Positions 11,122 through 21,357 of a DNA stretch of 64,000 nt are shown piece after piece. Source of the stretch: a virus (Duplodnaviria; Caudoviricetes). The DNA lies in the IMG/VR virus record IMGVR_UViG_3300035208_002115. The stretch is one strand, 5' to 3'. Positions within the stretch are counted from its first letter, which is position 1, and each line of letters starts with the position of its first letter. The notes below the pieces were generated by a model. That model was not told where the DNA came from. It ran no database searches and saw nothing but the letters and a program-made list of their open reading frames with translations. Position numbers and translations under genes: made by a program.

Positions 11122-11397
11122 TTATCTTCTTTTTAATCTGTTATACCTTATTAAAATCGGTATAGTCTCTTTAGTACACATCAGTGCATACATAATAAAT
11201 AATAATCCAAAAAAGATAGCTGGCACATTTATAATCCAGTTCTCATATTCACCATTATCAATTGTTACTACCAGTATACAATACATAACACCAAACCCCA
11301 ACCAAAATAGAAAACATATTGATAAATACTTTAAAAAAACTAATATTTTAGATATTATACTCATAATCTTAAAATTATAATTTATCAATAGCTTCAA
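11122..11397 (-). CDS. small two-TM membrane protein
   Basis: Two hydrophobic helices and a basic C-terminus. Confidence 0.6.
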   Translation of the reverse strand: MKLLINYNFKIMSIISKILVFLKYLSICFLFWLGFGVMYCILVVTIDNGEYENWIINVPAIFFGLLFIMYALMCTKETIPILIRYNRLKRR

Positions 11398-12235
11398 TCA
11401 ATCTACGGCATTCTCTTTCGATGGTTGTGGAATCTCTATAAGAATATATCTCAGTAAAAAGGTTGACAATGTGTTTAGCATTCACTATAATATCGAAAGA
11501 GCTTTTAAACAACTCTTTAGGATGATTAAGCAGGTCGATTTCGTGAGTTGTAATATTCATGATTTCAGGTGTGCGAGATTTTAATAATCTTTTATTCAAC
11601 GCCCTGATGCGTAGCATATCAGATGGTTTAATAACTCCATCTTCATCTTCCCGTAGTAGCTCACGATACAAAGACTTCAAAGAAATTGAACTTTGTTCAA
11701 GTTTTTGCAGATGTGCAACCTGTTTCTCGATGATAATATTAAACTCAGGAAGAACATCGATAAACTGATTTAACCTATCTGGTAAAGATTTGTAAAAATG
11801 ACGACCAGATACCGAAGCGTTTTCATTTTCAACTGATATAATAACTGGAACATTATTGGCCTCACGTACAAGTCCGATGTTCATTTGCAATGCTCGTGAT
11901 TTGTCTGATGAATTAACAAGGTTGAACATTTTGTAATAAATATCACCACCAACTTTTACAATACCCCCAATAAGACGTATTTCCTGTGCGCCCCCATTTA
12001 TACGAAAACTATACTTTTCAGGTGAAAAATACCTATTGATGGTCTTAATGATGTTAGTTGCAAATGTTTTGAAATCAAATGACCAATATTTTTCAGATAC
12101 ATCGACAATAGCTAATACACGATGGTCATACGTTGTTTTAACTGTTAAATTTTTATGGAGAATGTCGAATTTGTCTATTTTACCCAATACATCTTCTTGT
12201 ATATACGGGTATTCAACTGTTTTCTTTGTCCTCAT
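11375..12235 (-). CDS. DUF932/DUF945-like protein
   Basis: VSEKYWSFDF and NLVNSSDKSRALQMNIGLVR resemble the NShDgs..f...Gl.R signature. Confidence 0.5.
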   Translation of the reverse strand: MRTKKTVEYPYIQEDVLGKIDKFDILHKNLTVKTTYDHRVLAIVDVSEKYWSFDFKTFATNIIKTINRYFSPEKYSFRINGGAQEIRLIGGIVKVGGDIYYKMFNLVNSSDKSRALQMNIGLVREANNVPVIISVENENASVSGRHFYKSLPDRLNQFIDVLPEFNIIIEKQVAHLQKLEQSSISLKSLYRELLREDEDGVIKPSDMLRIRALNKRLLKSRTPEIMNITTHEIDLLNHPKELFKSSFDIIVNAKHIVNLFTEIYSYRDSTTIERECRRLIEAIDKL

Positions 12236-12336
12236 ATTGAATATTTTTAGTGGATACTAATATTATCATCACAAAAATATATCAAATTATTCGAATAAAA
12301 AAATATTACAATACTTTTTATTGAGTATAAGAATTA

Positions 12337-12359
12337 AAAAACCGCTTATTTAGCGGTTT
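12337..12359. terminator. intrinsic terminator
   Basis: AAAAACCGCT-TATTT-AGCGGTTT. Confidence 0.65.
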
Positions 12360-12404
12360 CAGTTACAATTGTAGGAACTATTATAATCATAAAAGAAAAT
12401 GATG

Positions 12405-13391
12405 TTATTCATCACAAATATCTTTTAATTTTTCTTTTCGTAAATTTAAAAATAAATTATGAATAACTTTTTTTTCCTGAGTAGTTAAATATTCATTTTG
12501 TCTATTTGGGGATTCGTAATTACCAGTAGAAGTAAAATATAAAAGATTATATATGGAACAAATTGCTCCTTTATAACCTTTTATTAAAAATTTATACTGC
12601 ATCAAACCACCCATCTTCACTCTCTGATATTCATATGGCATAGTTATTTTAATTTTCTTATTTCTTATTTTATTTGTTGTGGTATATTGTTTTAAAACTT
12701 TAATTATGTGGCTGACAAAATCCCCCATATCCATATGAAATGCACTATTACAACAATCTCGACAATATTCAGCAATGAATTTCTCGGTTTTATTATTAAA
12801 TTTACGATTTATTTTAGCCGTATAATAATGCATACCCTTAAAGTATTTATCATCTAAATTCATTCCCAAAAATTTCATTAAGTTTTTTAAATCGTTGAGT
12901 TGAAATGCTGTGAAGTGTTCGTTGTTTTATTAAATTGTAAAACTCATTAACTTTATCATCACCAACAATTTCTAATTCATAAATTGGTATCTCAGTATGA
13001 ACACTGATAATATAATATCTTTCAAATTTCTCTTGTAATGTCATCACTTAAAATGTCTTTAAGTTTTTCCTTTCGTTCTCTTATTTTTTTCTTTTTAGAA
13101 TATTCTTTAGAGATTTCAAGGAATCTATTAATATCATCTACTTCAGTATCAATATAGTTATTCAGATGTTTCGAATTCATCACCAAATATTTCTTTAAGT
13201 TTGTCTTTTCGATGTCCAACTTTTATTTTTCGTTTTGTTTCCTCACTAAATGGTTTCATGGACATTGGATATAACGATTCGAAATCCATTTTCATGATAA
13301 TCGATTTATATACTTTATCTGGCGGTGGTAAAAGTCTTATTTGACCACCTTTATAATTTTTTGGGTCGAAAAATGCTTTCTTCTTTTTCAT
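12405..13391 (-). CDS. four overlapping small proteins (12405-12878, 12850-13047, 13022-13219, 13158-13391), each with the C-terminal RxxK motif
   Basis: LRKEKLKDICDE, QRFKKLNEIFGN, ERKEKLKDILSD, HRKDKLKEIFGD. Confidence 0.7.
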
Positions 13392-13951
13392 TAAATAAAA
13401 GTTTTTAACCCTTTCTTAATCATTTGAACGAATGCTTCGGCACTACCTTTCGCATCATCAATTGGGTGGTGTGTGTGACGGGTTTTTCTCAAATATTTAA
13501 ATCCTTTGAAATATCTCATATTACCAATCATACCTTGGTATACATTATTCAAATTTGTAGAAGTGTGTCCAAATGGATTTTCATTACAATATTCCCAGAA
13601 ATACCAATCCATCCACTGGAAATCAAAACCATTATTATCAGATAAGAAAAGTGGTCTATCACCTAAGTTTGTTTCTTTAATCCAAGTATAACATTTATCC
13701 ATAGTTTTTTGGGGGTCTGGAAATTTAAGGTGTTCTTCTCTGGTGAATCCAGATACTTTTAAAGATTCTGGTATCCACAACTCAGATATAGGTGCAGTCT
13801 GCCCATAAAAAATTTTATCCAGTTTAAATTCTTTATCTACAAAAACGATACCGAAACATACCATTGAGTGTTTTCCAACTTGGCGACCGTCTGTTTCAAC
13901 GTCAATAACAAAATAACTCATGAAAATAAAATTATAATTTTTGTAAAGCAA
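13391..13951 (-). CDS. DEDDh 3'-5' exonuclease (RNase T/Rv2179c-like)
   Basis: VIDVETDG, SDNNGFDFQW, HTHHPIDDA. Confidence 0.85.
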   Translation of the reverse strand: MLYKNYNFIFMSYFVIDVETDGRQVGKHSMVCFGIVFVDKEFKLDKIFYGQTAPISELWIPESLKVSGFTREEHLKFPDPQKTMDKCYTWIKETNLGDRPLFLSDNNGFDFQWMDWYFWEYCNENPFGHTSTNLNNVYQGMIGNMRYFKGFKYLRKTRHTHHPIDDAKGSAEAFVQMIKKGLKTFI

Positions 13952-13996
13952 ATATAAATAAAAAGGGGGAGTTTTTAGCTCCCCAGTTATTCTTTT

Positions 13997-14551
13997 TCAA
14001 ACATTTTCTAACAACTTATAAAAAACTATATTGTAGAAATAAAAATAATCTTCGGATAATTTTCGGGCTGCATAATTTATTTTAGTCTTAGTTTTTCGAG
14101 ATATATCAATAAGACCTAATCCAGCACCACCCTTTTCAGTATAACCAACATCATTCAGTACATATTTATAGTATTCATGTAATTGTTCTTCGTTTAGTGA
14201 ATTTATTTTATCAATTTGAAATTTTAATTTTTCAAAATTGACACTATTAATCACATTACCAGTGAATAACATAATACGGCTATCTTGTTTATGTATCGCA
14301 AACACTGGTTCAACCTTTTTATCACATGTTATATCATGGTGTTTAATAACATTCTGTAATAATTCAACTGCCACATAATTCAATTTCTTCTTATCCTTAG
14401 TTTCATAATCCGATAAAGCATTCTCTATCTCATTATATGGTATGTGGGGGTCAGAAAATAATGCATCATTTTCATAGACGAAAACGCCACCATCAATATG
14501 TTCAGTATATAATTCCTTCTTTAAGAATTCCATATGTTTATTGTATTTCAC
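13997..14551 (-). CDS. SiaB-family (DUF6272) protein kinase / GHKL-like protein
   Basis: VELLQNVIKH and EKGGAGLGLIDISRK. Confidence 0.8.
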   Translation of the reverse strand: MKYNKHMEFLKKELYTEHIDGGVFVYENDALFSDPHIPYNEIENALSDYETKDKKKLNYVAVELLQNVIKHHDITCDKKVEPVFAIHKQDSRIMLFTGNVINSVNFEKLKFQIDKINSLNEEQLHEYYKYVLNDVGYTEKGGAGLGLIDISRKTKTKINYAARKLSEDYFYFYNIVFYKLLENV

Positions 14552-14798
14552 TATTTAATATATTCTTTTTTTCTTATATTCAATATATATTATAATGTTT
14601 TAGTTCCTTTTAGATTTTTTACGTAATTGTAATGATAATGTGAACCAAGTTTTATGAATGTATATATTTTATATGTCAATGTTTGATATTATAAGAGAAA
14701 AAGCGATGATGTTAATCACCAAAAATATACATTCATTAAGTTGTACCTTTTAACAAACTTTGTACATAAATTAGAATATATTTAAAAAAGATTTATTA

Positions 14799-16013
14799 TT
14801 GATGAGAAAACAATTAAAAGAATTTAGAATACTATGTTTTTTACCTGATACATTGAAATATTTAACTGCAACAGATACTATAAATTTTAACGGACAAGAT
14901 TTAAAAACCTCTTATATTGCACATATCATAAATGAAATGATAACTAAGTATACATTTAATGGTGAATATGTGTTTCCTATCTGGTCAAAAATAATGCAGA
15001 GTTTATATGGTAAATTTTATAAAAATTATATCAATTACATAGTTAATACTGGATTCATGCGTGAATTCGAAAAACATAAAATGGGCAATATATCAAAAAG
15101 ATATATGATGGATTTAAATTTTCTTGCAAACTCTAAAATAAAGAGATATCCATTTTATGATATGTTCCTAAGAAGAAAACTTGATGATAAGAATGCCCAT
15201 TACAATTTTACGGATTTAAACCAATCATTAATATTAGAATCCGTTAGAATTAAATTAGTTTCTGATTTATATCGTGTTGATATTGATTCTAAAAAAGCAT
15301 TGGACTATCTCATTGAACTTAAAACCAAAAATATAATAACTGATAATTCTTTTTTAAAAAATCACATATCCATTATGCAATTGATGGAGAGTGATATATT
15401 CTATAAATTTGATGGGTTCGGTAGATTCCATTCTAACTTCACCATCCTAAAAAAAGAACTTAGACATCAATTTATTACAATAGATGGTGAAAATATTTGT
15501 GAAATTGATATTAAAAATTCTCAACCATTATTCCTCGGTGTACTTATTAATGAAGAATATAATTACAATCCACCAAAAAAGTTACAAGATTATATCGATT
15601 TAGTAGAATGCGGTTTGTTGTATGAAGATTTTTTACAGAATTGTGGTGGAAGAATATCCACCAGAGATGAAGTCAAAGTATTTATATTTAAAGTATTATT
15701 TGGTAAAAACAATGAATATTTTAAAGAAAATAAGGTGTTCAAATCGATATACCCAGAGGTTTTCGAATTTGTAAAAAATTATAAAAAGAAAACAGGTTCA
15801 TATAAAAATCTTTCTCATGCTTTGCAGAAAAGAGAAAGTGAATTTATTTATAATAAAGTGGTTAATGAAATATTATTTCGATACCCAGAAATTCATCTTT
15901 TTACTGTACACGATTCCATATCATACCCTCTAATATATAAGGAACAGGTTGACGAAATATTTAATAAATATCGAAATCAACTCTTTATTCAGAAAATATC
16001 TGAGTCAATTTAA
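14799..16013 (+). CDS. minimal family-A-like nucleic acid polymerase domain protein
   Basis: GRFHSNF, motif A EIDIKNSQP, motif B RDEVKVFIFKVLFG, LQKRESE, motif C TVHDSI; no exonuclease domain visible. Confidence 0.6.
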   Translation: MMRKQLKEFRILCFLPDTLKYLTATDTINFNGQDLKTSYIAHIINEMITKYTFNGEYVFPIWSKIMQSLYGKFYKNYINYIVNTGFMREFEKHKMGNISKRYMMDLNFLANSKIKRYPFYDMFLRRKLDDKNAHYNFTDLNQSLILESVRIKLVSDLYRVDIDSKKALDYLIELKTKNIITDNSFLKNHISIMQLMESDIFYKFDGFGRFHSNFTILKKELRHQFITIDGENICEIDIKNSQPLFLGVLINEEYNYNPPKKLQDYIDLVECGLLYEDFLQNCGGRISTRDEVKVFIFKVLFGKNNEYFKENKVFKSIYPEVFEFVKNYKKKTGSYKNLSHALQKRESEFIYNKVVNEILFRYPEIHLFTVHDSISYPLIYKEQVDEIFNKYRNQLFIQKISESI

Positions 16014-16674
16014 ATTTTCTTTGTAATGATATAAATTCGGTTTCCATGAATGAAATAGTTGGAATATTATTAGTGTATTCGAAATAAAAGGCAGTTACCA
16101 TTTCTTTTCTTATATCTATATTAGTATCACGTAAAATTATAACTGAGGTGATGTGTTTATAACATTCCCATTCATTATTTTTTAAATACCCATACATAGC
16201 ATATCCATTTTCGTTATGACATGCTATATCATTTTTTCTCGAAGATTTATGTATATTCCGTATATATGAATCTAATTCATTTAAAAAAATACCATATTTA
16301 ATATCAAAACCTGTACATTTAATGGAATATATGAAATCTCTTAGGTCTGTTAAATTATGACCCAAATTCTTTCCACGACCACTAAATTTTACAAAAACAA
16401 TTGTATCACCATTAATATTTGGGTTGTCAAATTTCAGATGTGATGTCAATATTGGAAAAATATCATTGAAGTATTTTTTTAATTCACCAAAAGATATAAA
16501 CGAACCTTGTGTTTCATGAGTTTTTTTAGTAGTAATTCTAATTCTCCAATAAAATTCAACATACTCTCTAAAGTGTTTTCTGTAAGCACTTTCTTCATTA
16601 AAATAATAATTTTTTTCTTTATTGATTAATTCATTATTAAAGAATCTCAATATAATGGTATCGTAATACATCAT
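15985..16674 (-). CDS. hypothetical protein with C-terminal RxxK motif
   Basis: QRKFKLTQIFSE. Confidence 0.65.
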   Translation of the reverse strand: MMYYDTIILRFFNNELINKEKNYYFNEESAYRKHFREYVEFYWRIRITTKKTHETQGSFISFGELKKYFNDIFPILTSHLKFDNPNINGDTIVFVKFSGRGKNLGHNLTDLRDFIYSIKCTGFDIKYGIFLNELDSYIRNIHKSSRKNDIACHNENGYAMYGYLKNNEWECYKHITSVIILRDTNIDIRKEMVTAFYFEYTNNIPTISFMETEFISLQRKFKLTQIFSE

Positions 16675-16760
16675 AAAAATTTAATTCAGCTAAAATAATA
16701 GAATATTTTTATATAAAAAATTAAATATATAAAAAGAAAAAATTTACTGAATTTTAAATT

Positions 16761-16768
16761 AATATATA
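16761..16768 (+). promoter_or_regulatory. putative late promoter AATATATA upstream of the tail sheath gene
   Basis: Same octamer 15-45 nt before structural and CTS-tagged genes (6673, 20514, 21329, 22698 on +; 6628, 26244, 32053, 34032, 35334, 37358, 51322, 54827 on -); analogous to the T4 late promoter TATAAATA. Confidence 0.55.
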
Positions 16769-16802
16769 CAGTAGAAATAAAATAAAAAATAATTAAAATA
16801 CT

Positions 16803-19800
16803 ATGCCAATTAGAGATTTAGGTAAGTACAAAAGACCCGGTATATTCATCGAAGAATTTGATAACTCATTAGTTGAGCTTCCAGTACAGGATGTTTTAAT
16901 CAATCTTGTGCCCGGTTTTTCTCGAAAAGGAACAATAAATAACCCAGTCTATGTCGATAATTCTAACGATTTTGAAAAGATATTTGGAACACTCGATAAA
17001 CAGTTGGAGAATAAAGGTTCTTTTTTCCATAGAACTGCTTTAAAGATGTTAGAAACTGGCCCGATTTGGGCTTTAAACCTATTAAAAACTGATGCCACTC
17101 GTGATAAATTACAATGGAAATCTGTTTCCGTAACCTCACAATATTTTAATGGTTCATTAAATCAATCTCCTTATGAAAGATTTTTTAATCGTCAAGATTT
17201 TTGGAAAAGGGATGATGAATCGTTTCTTGATGTTGTAAATGACACAAGTGACGACCTTGAAAGACTATTACATATTACAAACATGGGTGATAAAACCATT
17301 ACAACATTTATGTTTAAATCCTCAACAAGAGGTTTTGAAGTAACTGCTGAAAACTGGTATGGTGGTCTGATTAATGTTCCAGAATTTATTAACCCAAAAG
17401 ACCTTATATCAGATTATTTAATTTCTGTTTTGGTTGTTGCTGGTGACTGGACAGATTATAACACATTGAGCGTAGATACTACATACAGTAAATATTTTTC
17501 TTCAACTGGTTTGAAAAAAGATAAAGTACAAGATTTTGTAAACAATAGAAACGTTTCAATATTAGCTAATTACGATGTATCTTTAATACCAAACTTCAAA
17601 GATAAGAGTGGTAGAGATATGTACATTAAAAATGTAATAAATAACGACACTGATAAAACTGGTTTATTCTGTGCATATAACGAAGATTTATTGTTAGGTG
17701 CAGATTATCCAGAAGGTAAGATTGATATCATTGGTAATACCTTAGTTGGTGGAGAACAAACTGAAATTGATTTTCTTTCTTATAAAGAAACTTTAAATGA
17801 AGACGTTACTTACCCACAAAAATATCTTGATAGTTCAGGAAATGTTTTTGGTATGGCTAATATAGTAAGTCCTACATCATCTTATAGAACAGATAGTTTT
17901 AATAAATGGACTACTTATGATTTTAATTATGCATCAGCTACATCTGGTGTAACTAATCATACTATTAAATTTGACGTTATAACAGCCGATGCTTATTATG
18001 TAATCACTGGTTCAAAGATAACATTTACAGGTGTTGGTGGTAATTTATATGATACTTTACTTGACCCACTTACAAACACTGAAGTTAGACGTTATGACCA
18101 CCTTTATTTAACATCTGATAATACTCAGGTAAATGTTATTAAGGGTTCTGAAATACTTTCTGGTGATACATCTACTCTACCATTTTATAATGTAAACAAT
18201 GTGGATACTATTCACCTTGGTTATGTTGAAATATTAAATTCGAGTGGTGTGACCACATTAACCTATCATCCAGTAACAGTTGCTGGGTCTGGTTTTGTAC
18301 CAATTACTACTACTGGTATTGGAAGTGGAACAGCAGGTATTTATGTTTCAGATAGTACTGACCCATTAAATACTGGCGATACCTCAATAACAGTTGAATT
18401 TACTGGTACATTAGGTGTTAAAAGTTTAACGAATTATGATGATTTAAGAATCTATAAAATATATGATGACGTTGCTGAAAATATCCAAAGTGGTAAAGCA
18501 GTTATAATTTCAACTGCTGTAAACAGATTTAAATATACAATTGGTGCTAATTATCTTATCACTGACTGGTCAACTACTGAAAATGCTAAAATAAAAATTT
18601 ATGTTGACACAGTAGCTAATTATGTGACTACTGGTAGTTTATTATTATATTTTGTTGATGATGAATTCATATTAGGTAATAATACCAATCAAGCAACTAC
18701 AAGATATGAAATGTTTACTGGTTCAGATACTATTGGTATTGTAGCTAAATACTCATCATTTTATCAAAATTATGTTGATGGTATTATCAATTCTCTGGAT
18801 TATTTCGTAGTAAATAACGTAGACCCAGCTATGTTTGGGGTAACTAAAGTTTATATAAGACCATATTTAAGAAATGGTTTACTAACTGTACAATTTGCAG
18901 GTTCAAAAGAACCAGATTCAGGTTTAATAACAACAGCAAATTGGTCAACGGCAATGCCAACTGGTTACGGTTCAGAATTAATTATATGGTCAAATAGAGG
19001 AAACTATCAACAAACAATTGAGATAGAAGCTTTTACAGGTACTGATTTTTCGAAAATAACTGAAATAAAAATTGATAAAAACCGTTACTCAGAGATAACT
19101 ATCGGTACTTATTTAGAAGGTTATTATGATGAAAATGATGTTGAAATAGCAGGTGGTTCTGAAATGCCAAGAAAAATGGTAAGAATTATAAAAACAGCTA
19201 TTGATTCAGTTGATTCAAGTCTTAAAATTCTTTATGCTGATTCTCCTATAAAGGTTGTTGATAATGATTTGTCAGGTACAACTGACTATATGACAACTGC
19301 ATATCCATCAATTGATGCTTATGTAACAGAATATAAAGGTGTAGCAATACCACCTTTTAGAATTCACCCAGATTCTATACCTAATGGTACTGAAGTTCGT
19401 CAGGAAGAAATTCTTTCTGTAATTGGTAAAAATGCTGATACTTCTTTATCTAAAGGATTGATTAATAAAAATAAAATTGTTTGGAGATATTTAATAGATT
19501 CATTCGGTCTTGGCTTAGTGGATGGTTCTAAACAAGAATTGATGTCGCTTTGTGGCAAAAAATTAAACTGTTTAGGTTTCCTTAATATGCCATCTGCTCG
19601 TATGTTCAGAAAATCTACCAATCCAAGTTTTGTTAATGATGATGGTTCATTGAGTTTAACTTTCGTAAAACAAGGTGGTGATTTGGATAAAAATCCTTCA
19701 TTCTTATATTCATTCGGCCAAGGTGTTGGTGAATCTTGTGTAGGTTATTTCTTCCCATATGTTAATGATACAACATCTGGTGTTGAAAAATCTTCACCAC

Positions 19801-20381
19801 CTGCTATGTTCGTTGCAACAACATACATGCAGAAACACATCACTTCAACTGCTGGTATTCAGCCTTGGACTATATGTGCAGGTCTAACTAATGGTAAAAT
19901 ATCTGTTGGTGGAACTGAAATGGACTTCACAAATGAAGATTTAGAAGATATGTATGAAATGGGAGCTAACCCAATTATACGTGACATAAGTAATGGATTC
20001 TATATTAATTCAGAAAGTACAGCTCAGATGAATCCTGTAACTTCATTAAGTTATATTCATTCAAGAGAAGTATTAATTGAACTTGAAAATTCATTATACA
20101 ATATGTTATTACGTTACCATTGGAAATTTAATACTCCTACTGTACGTGCCGAGATTAAGTACCGTGCAGATAAGATTTGTAAAGAATTCCTCGATGCTAA
20201 TGCCTTATATGATTATAGAAATGTAATCGATGATAGCAACAATACAAGAGAAGTTATAGACTCTCAAATGGGTGTTCTTGATACCTTCGTTGAAATCGTA
20301 AAAGGTCTTGGAATAATTGTTAATAACATAACAATTCTTAGTACAGGCCAAATTTCTTCTGGCGGTTTCAATGCTGCATAG
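16803..20381 (+). CDS. contractile tail sheath protein (gp18-like)
   Basis: N-terminal RPGIFIEEFD, VPGFSRKG, FEKIFG; C-terminal LSYIHSREVLIELE...FNTPTVRAEIK...VIDDSNNTREVID sheath domain; followed by the tube gene. Confidence 0.92.
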   Translation: MPIRDLGKYKRPGIFIEEFDNSLVELPVQDVLINLVPGFSRKGTINNPVYVDNSNDFEKIFGTLDKQLENKGSFFHRTALKMLETGPIWALNLLKTDATRDKLQWKSVSVTSQYFNGSLNQSPYERFFNRQDFWKRDDESFLDVVNDTSDDLERLLHITNMGDKTITTFMFKSSTRGFEVTAENWYGGLINVPEFINPKDLISDYLISVLVVAGDWTDYNTLSVDTTYSKYFSSTGLKKDKVQDFVNNRNVSILANYDVSLIPNFKDKSGRDMYIKNVINNDTDKTGLFCAYNEDLLLGADYPEGKIDIIGNTLVGGEQTEIDFLSYKETLNEDVTYPQKYLDSSGNVFGMANIVSPTSSYRTDSFNKWTTYDFNYASATSGVTNHTIKFDVITADAYYVITGSKITFTGVGGNLYDTLLDPLTNTEVRRYDHLYLTSDNTQVNVIKGSEILSGDTSTLPFYNVNNVDTIHLGYVEILNSSGVTTLTYHPVTVAGSGFVPITTTGIGSGTAGIYVSDSTDPLNTGDTSITVEFTGTLGVKSLTNYDDLRIYKIYDDVAENIQSGKAVIISTAVNRFKYTIGANYLITDWSTTENAKIKIYVDTVANYVTTGSLLLYFVDDEFILGNNTNQATTRYEMFTGSDTIGIVAKYSSFYQNYVDGIINSLDYFVVNNVDPAMFGVTKVYIRPYLRNGLLTVQFAGSKEPDSGLITTANWSTAMPTGYGSELIIWSNRGNYQQTIEIEAFTGTDFSKITEIKIDKNRYSEITIGTYLEGYYDENDVEIAGGSEMPRKMVRIIKTAIDSVDSSLKILYADSPIKVVDNDLSGTTDYMTTAYPSIDAYVTEYKGVAIPPFRIHPDSIPNGTEVRQEEILSVIGKNADTSLSKGLINKNKIVWRYLIDSFGLGLVDGSKQELMSLCGKKLNCLGFLNMPSARMFRKSTNPSFVNDDGSLSLTFVKQGGDLDKNPSFLYSFGQGVGESCVGYFFPYVNDTTSGVEKSSPPAMFVATTYMQKHITSTAGIQPWTICAGLTNGKISVGGTEMDFTNEDLEDMYEMGANPIIRDISNGFYINSESTAQMNPVTSLSYIHSREVLIELENSLYNMLLRYHWKFNTPTVRAEIKYRADKICKEFLDANALYDYRNVIDDSNNTREVIDSQMGVLDTFVEIVKGLGIIVNNITILSTGQISSGGFNAA

Positions 20382-20403
20382 TGTTTTAATAATAAAAAAA
20401 TTG

Positions 20404-20430
20404 AAAAGGGTTCAGAAATGAACCCTTTTT
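20404..20430 (+). terminator. intrinsic terminator after tail sheath
   Basis: AAAAGGGTTCA-GAAA-TGAACCCTTTTT. Confidence 0.85.
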
Positions 20431-20549
20431 ATTTTATAAAAACGTCAAAAAATGAAAATAAATAAAAAATATATAATGTTACTAACGATTTCTAAAAATT
20501 GATTTTTAATATTAATATATACTATTAAATAAAAAATAATGAGATAAAC

Positions 20550-21113
20550 ATGCCTCTACCACATTTTACAAACGTTCAAAGCCATGTAGCTAATTTTGAA
20601 CCTATACATAAGTCATTATATGAAGTTGACATAATTTTGCCAGCTCCAATTTCTGATTTGCACCCAAACGCAACCAGTTTACTTTTGGAGAATACGATTT
20701 CAATAAATTTCCCAAAATATCCAAAATTGGCTAAACAGGAACAGAGATTTAAATATTCAACAAGATTGTTTACAATGATGCCAGATTCTACATCTATCGA
20801 TGATTTGGCTGTTAAATTCAATCTTAATCAAAACGACCAGAAACAAATATTCAATTTTAGAATGATGAAAGACTGGTACGACCTTGCATGGAATAACGAG
20901 GATGGTTCAGTATCTTATAAGAAAAATATGATAGGAGATATCATCATATATCTTCATGATAAAGAAGGCGCAGTTATAAGAAGGGTAACCTGTCACAATG
21001 CAATGTTAAACAGTTTCGAAGGCATGGAAGATGTTCAATGGTCTGATGTTTCTGCAATCATGGAACTAACCGCACATTTTTATGTCGATTATTGGGAAGA
21101 TTTTTATTATTAA
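20550..21113 (+). CDS. tail tube protein (gp19-like)
   Basis: Follows the sheath gene; MPLPHF start, KDWYDL, KKNMIGDIIIYLHDKEG..IRR, F.VDYWED. Confidence 0.85.
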   Translation: MPLPHFTNVQSHVANFEPIHKSLYEVDIILPAPISDLHPNATSLLLENTISINFPKYPKLAKQEQRFKYSTRLFTMMPDSTSIDDLAVKFNLNQNDQKQIFNFRMMKDWYDLAWNNEDGSVSYKKNMIGDIIIYLHDKEGAVIRRVTCHNAMLNSFEGMEDVQWSDVSAIMELTAHFYVDYWEDFYY

Positions 21114-21139
21114 CAAATAATTTATTATCAATAAGTTAC

Positions 21140-21170
21140 AAAAACTTCAATTTTTAATTGAAGTTTTTCT
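21140..21170 (+). terminator. intrinsic terminator after tail tube
   Basis: AAAAACTTCAAT-TTTTA-ATTGAAGTTTTT. Confidence 0.7.
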
Positions 21171-21357
21171 TTTTATATTAATATGTAATAAATTATAGAA
21201 AAAATTGGATAAAATATTATAATATATAAAGATATAATTTCTAATAAATTAATATTGTTTAAAAACAAAACGTTTTGTATGAATTAACAGGTATAATGAA
21301 AGTTTTTTCATTAGACCCACATTGATATAATATATAATTATACAATTAAAAAATAAT

